Origin: Bryobacterales bacterium
Lineage (GTDB): Bacteria; Acidobacteriota; Terriglobia; Bryobacterales; Bryobacteraceae
Assembly (NCBI GenBank): GCA_947446025.1
Contig: CANFEY010000008.1
Coordinates: 5,946-69,945 of the forward strand
Direction: 5' to 3'
DNA: 64,000 nucleotides
Made by a program: the position numbers and the translations under genes. Shown in pieces: positions 9,687-17,699 of the stretch (positions are counted from its first letter, which is position 1; every line of letters begins with the position of its first letter). Below the pieces are notes generated by a model. It was not told where the DNA came from. It saw nothing but the letters and a program-made list of their open reading frames with translations, and ran no database searches.

Positions 9687-10342
9687 TTGAACCACCGGAA
9701 TATGTAGGTTGCTGCAACTGCACCCGCGAGCTGGGCGGCGATGAAGCCGGGCGCGTCAGCGAGGCGGATGCCCGCGAAGGTGTCGCTCGCGGTGCGGGCC
9801 AGAGTGACCGCCGGGTTGGCGAACGACGTCGATGCCGTGAACCAATACGCGGCCGTGATGTAAGCGGCCACGGCGAACGGGACCGCATGTGCGCGGGAGC
9901 GGGAGCAGCCCCAGATCACGGCGAGCAATCCGAAGGTTGCGACAAATTCGCTCCACAGTTGTAAGCCGCCCGCGCGGACGTGTTGCGAGGCGAAGAAGAG
10001 CGGCTTCTCAAACATCAGGTGGGCGGCTGCGACTCCGGCGAATGCTCCCGCCGTCTGCGCGCCGATGTAACCGGGCACATCGCGCCACGGCAGCTCGCCT
10101 TCGATGGCTGAGGCGATGGTCACTGCCGGATTCATATGCGCGCCCGAGATGGGCCCGAAGGTGAGGATCAGGGCCACCAGTGCGGCTCCCGTGGCGAGCG
10201 TATTGGCGAGCAGTGCAATCGCGACGTTGCCGCCGGCAAGCTGCTCGCCCATGATGCCGGAGCCGATCACCGTAGCGAGCAGAAACGCGGTGGCTAGCGC
10301 TTCACTGGCAGCACGACGGACCACAGCAGCCTTTCTGCGCAT
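9683..10342 (-). CDS. MIP-family aquaglyceroporin in ars operon (AqpS-like arsenite channel)
   Basis: Two NPA boxes (HMNPAVTIA, FANPAVTLA) and 6 TM helices. It is embedded between arsM and arsC. Confidence 0.85.
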   Translation of the reverse strand: MRRKAAVVRRAASEALATAFLLATVIGSGIMGEQLAGGNVAIALLANTLATGAALVALILTFGPISGAHMNPAVTIASAIEGELPWRDVPGYIGAQTAGAFAGVAAAHLMFEKPLFFASQHVRAGGLQLWSEFVATFGLLAVIWGCSRSRAHAVPFAVAAYITAAYWFTASTSFANPAVTLARTASDTFAGIRLADAPGFIAAQLAGAVAATYIFRWFK

Positions 10343-11156
10343 TCGCGGGCTTCACAGCCCGGACAAAGGCGCTCATGAACTTGCCTTCCACTTGGGGGAC
10401 GATCTCGTCGGCGTTGAGGCCTTCGCTAGATAGAAATTGACGGGCGTCCTCGCCGCTGTAGATGCGTGTGGGCTCGACGTCGATTTCCTCGAAGCCGGCC
10501 TTGGCGAGTTTCGCAATGTAGTCGGAGTCCCTCAGCGCGCCGGCGATGCAGCCGACCCACAGCTCCATGCTGCGCCGGACTTCGGCGGGGACTGTGCCTC
10601 GCACGACTACGTCAGAGACGGCGAAGCGGCCACCGGGCTTGAGCACGCGGAAGGCTTCCTTCAGCACGCGGTCTTTGTCTGCAGAGAGGTTGATCACGCA
10701 GTTTGAGATGATGACGTCGACCGAGTTGTCCGGCAGTGGGATGCTTTCGATCTCGCCTTTCAGGAACTCGACGTTGGTGACTCCGGCCTTGCGCTGATTC
10801 TCACGCGCCAAGGCCAGCATCTCGTCGGTCATGTCGAGTCCGTACGCCTTACCCGTGGGGCCGACGCGCTTGGCGGAGAGCAGCACGTCGATGCCGCCGC
10901 CGGAGCCGAGGTCGAGCACGGTTTCGCCAGCTTTCAGTTCCGCGAGCGCGGTAGGATTGCCGCAGCCGAGCGATGCGAGCATCGCTTCCACCGGCACGCC
11001 GGCCTTTTGCTGATCGTCGTAGAGGTTGGCGGTGATGGGGTCCCAGGATTCGGGTCCGCAGCAGGAGCCGGCGCCGCAACAATCGGTCTTGTTGCCTTCC
11101 GCCGCGCGCAGGGCGGCTTGTCCGTAACGTTCTTGTACGACTTCTTTGATGTTCAT
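10302..11156 (-). CDS. arsM: arsenite S-adenosylmethionine methyltransferase
   Basis: [15 protein letters not shown]..., Cys-rich [10 protein letters not shown], and the SAM motif [11 protein letters not shown]. The C-terminal tail is [14 protein letters not shown] lies before ATG 11156. Confidence 0.9.
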   Translation of the reverse strand: MNIKEVVQERYGQAALRAAEGNKTDCCGAGSCCGPESWDPITANLYDDQQKAGVPVEAMLASLGCGNPTALAELKAGETVLDLGSGGGIDVLLSAKRVGPTGKAYGLDMTDEMLALARENQRKAGVTNVEFLKGEIESIPLPDNSVDVIISNCVINLSADKDRVLKEAFRVLKPGGRFAVSDVVVRGTVPAEVRRSMELWVGCIAGALRDSDYIAKLAKAGFEEIDVEPTRIYSGEDARQFLSSEGLNADEIVPQVEGKFMSAFVRAVKPANAQKGCCGPSCCQ

Positions 11157-11167
11157 AGTTGACTCCT

Positions 11168-11509
11168 TTAACAGCAGGCTCTGATCTTGGCTGGCGAAAC
11201 GGCTTTGTTGCGTGTGCAACATTCGGCGTAGAGGAAGCCCAGCAGTTCCTCAAGGACGCGGGTGTTCGCTGTATATCTCAGAAAGGTTTTCTCGCGCTGC
11301 ACGTTCACGAGGTCTTCGTTCTTGAGCTTGTCCAGGTGGTGCGAGAGCGTGGAGTTGGGAATGTCCAGCTCGCTCTGGATGTCGCCAACGACGAGGCCTT
11401 CGGGGTGCGCCGAGAGCAGCAGTTGCATGATGCGCAGGCGGGGTTCGGTGCCCATGGCGGAGAACATGTCGGCGAAGCGGGCGACGTGGCTCGTCTTGGC
11501 TGCTTCCAT
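11168..11509 (-). CDS. arsR: ArsR/SmtB family transcriptional repressor
   Basis: RLRIMQLLL...LVVGDIQSELDIPNSTLSHHLDKLKNEDLV winged HTH, with C-terminal Cys pairs (ECC...RACC). It is the first gene of the ars operon. Confidence 0.9.
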   Translation of the reverse strand: MEAAKTSHVARFADMFSAMGTEPRLRIMQLLLSAHPEGLVVGDIQSELDIPNSTLSHHLDKLKNEDLVNVQREKTFLRYTANTRVLEELLGFLYAECCTRNKAVSPAKIRACC

Positions 11510-11565
11510 GGTTCTATTATTGCAGAAATACAGAAGCGCGTCAAGCGGAAGGTTCAGTCTCGCGT

Positions 11566-11703
11566 TCAGGACCTCTTGGCGGGCACAACGAAGCGGAGCA
11601 CGGGGAGATCTAATTCACCCCGCATGTGAGCCAGGATTTGCCGGGCGCTTTCGGCCAGCTCTATTCCGAACTTGGTGCGCTTGCGTGCCTTCTTGACTTT
11701 CAT
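11566..11703 (-). CDS. short ORF resembling the N-terminal part of an HTH (HigA/XRE-like) antitoxin, truncated
   Basis: MKVKKARKRTKFGIELAESARQILAHMRGELDLP... resembles the leader part of XRE-type antitoxins, but the ORF stops before any HTH. It lies 7 nt downstream of the 11711-11974 ORF. Confidence 0.3.
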   Translation of the reverse strand: MKVKKARKRTKFGIELAESARQILAHMRGELDLPVLRFVVPAKRS

Positions 11704-11710
11704 CGTTGTT

Positions 11711-11974
11711 TCACCTGCGTTGAAAGGATTCAACAGTTCGCTGAAGCCGCAGTTCATCCTCGCCGCCGCGGCGCCGCTGCGCCTCCACGACCAGCTCCCA
11801 AGCCGCCGCGAAAATCGCCTCGGGCCCTTGGCGCTGCCAGTAGGCGATGTCGAAGGAGCGGTCCATGTCCTTCAGTTGACCGCAGCGCTCTACGACAAGG
11901 GTAGGCTCCGGCATCGTGCCCTTAGTGTACTGGCTTTTGCTCGGCGCAACCAGGCTTCTGTATCTGAGATTCAT
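11711..11974 (-). CDS. small hypothetical protein
   Basis: 87-aa ORF with ordinary composition (...SFDIAYWQRQGPEAIFAAAWELV...RLQRTVESF). No family assigned. Confidence 0.4.
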   Translation of the reverse strand: MNLRYRSLVAPSKSQYTKGTMPEPTLVVERCGQLKDMDRSFDIAYWQRQGPEAIFAAAWELVVEAQRRRGGEDELRLQRTVESFQRR

Positions 11975-12111
11975 AGGAAGGACAGTCTACGTCAACTAGC
12001 CCATGATACTGCGCGGGTATCCGCTCACGGGAGAATCTTAGCGCCTCTTACGTTATCGTTGATCTATGGGTCCGAGTGGAACAATCTATATGAATTCCGT
12101 ACGGTCATAAC

Positions 12112-12930
12112 ATGCCTTCCGAAATTCATCGACTGAGAGAACGTCGCGAAGCGATCGCCAGACTGCGGGAGATACGGAGGAACGCCCAAACCGCATTCGC
12201 CATCCACTACTCGTGCGAGTCATTCTATGACACGGTGGACGGAAGGACGCCACGCATTAGTTCGATCAGTCTAAGGCGCCTCGCCAACGGACAGACGCAC
12301 TCGTTCTCAATTCACAAGCTCGCTGAGCATAAAGGCTATGACCTAGCGGACATACCGGGATACTACGTTGACCTCGAACGAGAGATGCTCAACGAATTCT
12401 TCAAGTTTATGCATCAATATCCCGGATATGTTTTCGTGCATTGGAACATACGTGATGTCAACTTCGGCTTCCCGGCCCTTGAACACCGATTCAAGGTGCT
12501 TGGGGGTGATCCATACATCGTTCCGGATGAAAAGAAGTACGACCTTGCGAGAGCGTTGGTTTCGATCTACAGCCACAACTATATCGGACATGGCTCTGAG
12601 GGCAGGTTCCTGAATGTTTGCCGGCTTAACAACATAACCGACAAGGACGCTTTGACCGGAGCCCAAGAGGCGGAAGCATTCACGAGCCAGCAATACCTGA
12701 CGGTTCATCTATCCACTCTTCGCAAGGTCGACATGATAACGGTGATCTTCGAGCGGGCCGAAGATCGTTCTTTGAAGACGAAGGCGAGTTGGCGAGACGT
12801 GCATGGGCTTCACCCAAAACACGTGGTGGAGTGCGTCAAGGAGTCTTGGTTTTACGCTTCGATAGCGATCATAGCTACCATCGTCGGTTTGTTAGGAAGG
12901 GTCCTTGGTTGGTGGTTCGCTGTTCTGTAG
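12112..12930 (+). CDS. orphan protein, degenerate PolB/RNase-H-like exonuclease pattern with C-terminal TM anchor
   Basis: 272-aa ORF in a visibly AT-richer stretch. Segments IHYSCESF and VHWNIRDVNFGFPALEHRF resemble the Exo I (FDIET) and Exo II (NxxxFDxPYL) boxes with the acidic residues replaced. C-terminal helix: FYASIAIIATIVGLLGRVLGWWFAVL. Confidence 0.6.
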   Translation: MPSEIHRLRERREAIARLREIRRNAQTAFAIHYSCESFYDTVDGRTPRISSISLRRLANGQTHSFSIHKLAEHKGYDLADIPGYYVDLEREMLNEFFKFMHQYPGYVFVHWNIRDVNFGFPALEHRFKVLGGDPYIVPDEKKYDLARALVSIYSHNYIGHGSEGRFLNVCRLNNITDKDALTGAQEAEAFTSQQYLTVHLSTLRKVDMITVIFERAEDRSLKTKASWRDVHGLHPKHVVECVKESWFYASIAIIATIVGLLGRVLGWWFAVL

Positions 12931-12960
12931 CCAAGTGGGACTCTGCGATCAGCAGGTTCC

Positions 12961-14106
12961 CTACTGTCGGCACTCGGCCATGACGCGGCGGTAGAAGGCT
13001 ACGTACTTACCCACGCTTGCCTCCGCGGAAAAGTTGTCCTGTGCCCGAGCTTTGGCGGCGGCACCCAGGCGAGCGCACAATTCCGGGTCGTTCGCTAGCT
13101 TGCGGACTGCGCTTGCCAAGCCTCGGACGTCGCCTAGGCGTTTCAGGTAGCCGGTCTCGCCTTCGACCACGATTTCGGTGACGCCGCCGACTCGGGTGGC
13201 GACCACGGGTTTGCCGAAGCTCATGGTTTCGAGGACGCCCATGCCGAAGCTTTCGCGCTCGCTGGCGTAGATGCCGGCGTCGCTGGCGGCGATGTAGTTT
13301 TCGATGTCGACTACGTTGCTCTTCACTACGACGCGCTTTTCGATACCGAGCTCCTTCACCAAGGGCTTGAAGGGGTCGAAGGGGCCGCCGGCTAGGATCA
13401 GGAGCTTGATGCGCTCGTCGTCCTTGACCGCAGCGATCACTTTGAGGATGTCCTGGGCGCGTTTCACGGGGCGGAGGTTCGAAAGGTGGATGAGCACGAA
13501 GTCGTCCTGGCGCAGGCCGAGTGCCTTGCGCACCGCGCTGCGAGTTTTGCGGGGCGCGCGCGGGCGGTAGGAGTTGTGGATGACTTCGATGTCCTTCGTG
13601 GTCTTGAGGACTTGGATGGTTTCTTCGCGCAGGCTGTGCGAGACCGCGGTGACGCCGCAGGAGCTTTCGGTGGAGTACTTGATGATGGGTGCGAGGTTGG
13701 GGTCGCGGGCGAGCAGCGTGATGTCGGTTCCGTGCAGCGTGGTGATGACGCGCGCGGCGTGCAGGCCTTCTTCCCTCGCGATCTGGCGGGCTAGCAATGC
13801 GGCTGTGGCGTGCGGGACCGCGTAGTGTACGTGCATGATGTCGAGCTTGAATTTGTTCGCCACCTCGACCATTTTCACGGCGAGAGGCAGCGTGTAGTCG
13901 GGGTATTTGAAGAGGCGGTATTCGTTCAGCTCGACTTGGTGGAAGAAGATGTTGGGGTGCTTTTTCTCCAGGCGGAACGGGGGCTCGTAACTGATGAAGT
14001 GGATCTTGTGTCCTAGCGCGGCGAGTTCGCTGCCTAGCTGCGAGGCAACAATGCCGCTGCCGCCGACGGAGGGGTAACAAGTGATGCCGATGGAGAGCGG
14101 ATTCAT
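12961..14106 (-). CDS. bshA: N-acetyl-alpha-D-glucosaminyl L-malate synthase (GT4), bacillithiol biosynthesis
   Basis: ITCYPSVGGSGIVASQLGSELAALGH N-terminus and a GT4 C-terminal ESFGMGVLETMSFGKPVVATRVGG motif. It is adjacent to a PIG-L deacetylase. Confidence 0.8.
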   Translation of the reverse strand: MNPLSIGITCYPSVGGSGIVASQLGSELAALGHKIHFISYEPPFRLEKKHPNIFFHQVELNEYRLFKYPDYTLPLAVKMVEVANKFKLDIMHVHYAVPHATAALLARQIAREEGLHAARVITTLHGTDITLLARDPNLAPIIKYSTESSCGVTAVSHSLREETIQVLKTTKDIEVIHNSYRPRAPRKTRSAVRKALGLRQDDFVLIHLSNLRPVKRAQDILKVIAAVKDDERIKLLILAGGPFDPFKPLVKELGIEKRVVVKSNVVDIENYIAASDAGIYASERESFGMGVLETMSFGKPVVATRVGGVTEIVVEGETGYLKRLGDVRGLASAVRKLANDPELCARLGAAAKARAQDNFSAEASVGKYVAFYRRVMAECRQ

Positions 14107-14799
14107 TTAGAAGTAGCGGGAAGAGAGGGGCAGGTCGGCAAGAGACGCCACTCGCACAGGATCATTCAACCACAGGCCGATGGCGTGTTCGACGCCGATG
14201 GCGGCTCCCCAGGCTCGGGAGCGGGCGGTCACCAAGTCTGGATAATTGCGGGTCTTCATTTGGCTCGCGTGGCACTGGATGGCCGCTTGCCATTCGGCAA
14301 AAACCGTGCTGACGTCGAGGACCAACTGGGGCGGGTCCACGTAGACCTGAGTAATCGCATAAAAGTAGAGACTGGATATCTGATGACTTGGTAACGCCAA
14401 AAGTTGCGATAATCCGCCGTAGCGGGCCAGGCGGGCGGCGTCGCGGGTCAATTTGCCGACGGCGGCGTGGTCGGGGTGCTGATTTTCGCCCAAGTGCGGG
14501 GCCAGCACCACATCGGGCCGGAACTGGCGGATTTCGCGGGCCAGCTTGACTGTGTTTTCAGGGGCGTAAGAGATGTTGCAATCGCCGCCGAGGTCGAGGA
14601 AATCGATTTCGGCACCGATGATGCCGGCGGCGTCGCGCGCTTCCTGGGCCCGGCCTTCGGGCGTGCCGGCGCTGGCGGCTTCGCCTTTAGAGGTGACTAC
14701 GATCCGCACTTCGTGTCCGGCGTGCGCCTCCTGTATAAGGATGGGCGCGCAGCCGAACTCGACATCGTCGGGATGGGCCCCGACGGCTAGAATGCGCAC
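14107..14799 (-). CDS. bshB1: PIG-L family deacetylase (BshB1-like)
   Basis: ILAVGAHPDDVEFGCAP PIG-L signature and HPDH motif. Its stop abuts the bshA start. Confidence 0.8.
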   Translation of the reverse strand: MRILAVGAHPDDVEFGCAPILIQEAHAGHEVRIVVTSKGEAASAGTPEGRAQEARDAAGIIGAEIDFLDLGGDCNISYAPENTVKLAREIRQFRPDVVLAPHLGENQHPDHAAVGKLTRDAARLARYGGLSQLLALPSHQISSLYFYAITQVYVDPPQLVLDVSTVFAEWQAAIQCHASQMKTRNYPDLVTARSRAWGAAIGVEHAIGLWLNDPVRVASLADLPLSSRYF

Positions 14800-14803
14800 G
14801 GAC

Positions 14804-15289
<486 letters not shown>

Positions 15290-15338
15290 CGCCTTTTAGT
15301 GTAGCGCGAGAGAGGCATTCTCTCGCGCTACGGTTGTG

Positions 15339-16553
15339 TTACGGCAACATCGCTTCCGCAGCGGTGCGGGCCGCGACGCCGGTGTCGGTGAAGTCGGTGA
15401 AGACGCCGTCGACGCCCAGCAGGAAGAACTGGATGAATTCGTTCTTCGGGTCGCCCTTGTAATCGCTGGCAAGCGTGCCCTTCTCATTGCGGAACGTGTA
15501 GGCGTGGACGAAGAGTCCGGCCGCGTGGGCGTTGGCGATGAGCGCGCTGGGAGTGGTGGCGGTCTTGTCGGCGTCATTGACGCTGCCGTCGCCGTTCACG
15601 TCGTCGGCCTTGCCGTTCTTATCGTTGTCGCGGCCGCGCACGCTCACGATGTAGCGCTTCCACGGGCCGATGCCGTCGGCGTACTTGGCGATGTCGGCGA
15701 GACCGGCGGGCTTGACCAGGTCCGCGAAGCCGCGCGGGTCGCCCGTCACGGCGTAGTTGTAGGGCTTGTCGTAGGGAGCGGCGAAGGTGAGGCTGCCGTC
15801 CAGCGCAACGTCATCGGCGTCGATCAACTGTACCAGGCGCACCTTGGTCTTCGTGCTCAGGTATTGCAGGTTCGCCGTCTCGAAGGATTGGATGAAGACG
15901 GGCGAGTCGCTGCGGTTGAGCTTGTGCTTTTCCAGGGCAGCGAGGAGCTTGTCTTCGAGCGGCAGACCGAGCGCGAAGTGGAACGTGGGGTGCTTCGTCT
16001 CCGGATACACGCCGACGATCTTGCGCGTGCCCCAGCCCCATTTTTCGACCAGGTCCAGAACTTCTTCAAAGGTCGGGATCTCATACAGCCCGTTGTATTG
16101 CTGCGGGCGGGCCGAGTTGGGTTGAATGGCGCGGAGTTCCTTGATTTCCTTGAGTGTGAAGTCGCTGGCGTAGAAACCCAAGGTCGGGATGCCGTCCAGA
16201 ATCTTGGTGGTCTTTTTGCTGGCGAACTTGGCGATGGAGGCGACGTTGGTGGTGCCGTCGAGCAGCGGCTCATGGCGGGCAATCAGCACGCCGTCTTTGG
16301 TGGAGACGAGATCGGGTTCAATGAAGTCCGCGCCGAGTTCGATGGCGCGGCGGTAGGCTTCGAGCGTGTGCTCCGGCAGGTAGCCGGACGCGCCACGGTG
16401 GCCGATGACGAGCGGCTGTTGGCCGGTCAGCGTGTTCCACTTGCCGCGCTTGTTCTTGTTGTCGTCTTTCTTGTGGTCGTCGTCGTCGCCTTGCATAACG
16501 GCGGCGACGGCAAGCGCCAGGAGGAGAGTTCCGAAAATTTGTTTGAATCGCAT
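15339..16553 (-). CDS. glpQ: glycerophosphodiester phosphodiesterase (secreted)
   Basis: VIGHRGASGYLPEHTLEAYRRAIELGADFIEPDLVSTKDGVLIARHE GDPD signature, plus a signal peptide. ATG 16553 is preferred over the TTG at 16562. Confidence 0.85.
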   Translation of the reverse strand: MRFKQIFGTLLLALAVAAVMQGDDDDHKKDDNKNKRGKWNTLTGQQPLVIGHRGASGYLPEHTLEAYRRAIELGADFIEPDLVSTKDGVLIARHEPLLDGTTNVASIAKFASKKTTKILDGIPTLGFYASDFTLKEIKELRAIQPNSARPQQYNGLYEIPTFEEVLDLVEKWGWGTRKIVGVYPETKHPTFHFALGLPLEDKLLAALEKHKLNRSDSPVFIQSFETANLQYLSTKTKVRLVQLIDADDVALDGSLTFAAPYDKPYNYAVTGDPRGFADLVKPAGLADIAKYADGIGPWKRYIVSVRGRDNDKNGKADDVNGDGSVNDADKTATTPSALIANAHAAGLFVHAYTFRNEKGTLASDYKGDPKNEFIQFFLLGVDGVFTDFTDTGVAARTAAEAMLP

Positions 16554-16613
16554 GAGTGCCAAAGTAACAGGCGCGATTCACTGCGGGATGACGGCGTAGT
16601 GTCGAGGTGATGA

Positions 16614-17609
16614 CTACTCTTCGCGTTGCGCCAAAATCAACTGCTGGTGCGCCGGAGCCAAGCTCCGCGCTTCCGCCCCTCCGAAACCCGTCTCGCGCAG
16701 CATGCGGGCAATCTCCGCGAACGTGTAGGCGTCGCCCGAGGGCGTGGTGCCCAGCATGCGCATGGCGAACAGCGCGCCGTCGGGTGGGGAGATGCGGTCG
16801 TCATTGGGGACGAACTCGATCACCGCTGCGAGGCCTCCAGGCTTGAGCGCACTGTGCACGCGGCGGAGCAGTGTTAGGTTGGTGGCGAAATCGAAGTGGT
16901 GCAGGAAATTCGGCAGCAGGGCGACGTCGTAGTCCCGCCCTAGCTCCACTTCGAACGCGCTGCCAGGGATTGTGCGGTAGCGGTCGGCAAGGCCCATCTT
17001 CACGGCGTTCTCTTCGGCGACCTCCAGCACGTTGGGCCAATCCTGGAACGTGATCTCCGCCGCAGGGTTGTGCAGGCCCACATGGATGCCGAACAAGCCG
17101 TGTCCTGCTGCGATGTCGAGCACTCGGGCGGGCACTCCGGGCTCGGTCACTTGTGCAGCTACCAGCCGAGCGGGCACGGCGAACATCGGGGCCATGTAGC
17201 GCGCGAAGTCGACCCACACCGGTTCGTTGGGCGCGAGCGTGTGCTCCGTCGCGCCGCCATTGCGCACCAGCGCGGCCACGTCACTATATTTGCGCACCAT
17301 GACAGGATGAGTGAAGAAGCTGGCCACCGATCCTATATAGGATGGCGAGCTCTGGTCCAGCAGCGCGCCTGTGTCTTCCAGCAGCGCGTAGGCGTCGCCG
17401 GATTTGGAGAGAAAGCCCTGGACGGTGAGGTAATCGCAGAGGACGCGCATGCCTTTTGCGGTGGCTTTGCAGCGCAGCGCGAGGGCGTCCGCCGTCGTTG
17501 CCCCGGCAGAAATGGCTGTGAATACGCCCAAATCCAGCGCTCCCTTGAGCGCCATCGCGAGTTGGTAAGAGGTCAGCGCCTGGTGGACGCGGCCAGGGTT
17601 CAGAGGCAT
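16614..17609 (-). CDS. class I SAM-dependent O-methyltransferase (Methyltransf_2-like)
   Basis: Winged-helix dimerisation N-terminus, then VLDIAAGHGLFG (SAM motif I). Start moved to ATG 17609. The ORF is open to 17687, which would leave only 12 bp before the divergent gene. Confidence 0.75.
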   Translation of the reverse strand: MPLNPGRVHQALTSYQLAMALKGALDLGVFTAISAGATTADALALRCKATAKGMRVLCDYLTVQGFLSKSGDAYALLEDTGALLDQSSPSYIGSVASFFTHPVMVRKYSDVAALVRNGGATEHTLAPNEPVWVDFARYMAPMFAVPARLVAAQVTEPGVPARVLDIAAGHGLFGIHVGLHNPAAEITFQDWPNVLEVAEENAVKMGLADRYRTIPGSAFEVELGRDYDVALLPNFLHHFDFATNLTLLRRVHSALKPGGLAAVIEFVPNDDRISPPDGALFAMRMLGTTPSGDAYTFAEIARMLRETGFGGAEARSLAPAHQQLILAQREE

Positions 17610-17699
17610 GCACCCCAATCTTAACAACGACCAGGCCTTGCCATTCAGCATAGCCTTGTGTATGCTGGTGTAGATTCTTAGTTTCAAAAGGGGTTAGAA

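Noticed and set aside
13465-13480. GGTTCGAA T-loop-like string as a hint of a tRNA
   Set aside because: It lies inside bshA and no acceptor or anticodon stems can be drawn around it. No tRNA, rRNA or tmRNA was found anywhere in the window.
13007-14080. 357-aa ORF in an alternative frame of bshA (same strand)
   Set aside because: Extremely Arg/Pro-rich off-frame translation. The bshA frame carries the GT4 motifs.
15336-16610. 424-aa plus-strand ORF over glpQ
   Set aside because: Antisense shadow ORF with repetitive V/G/A/D/E composition. The minus-strand GDPD signature is unambiguous.
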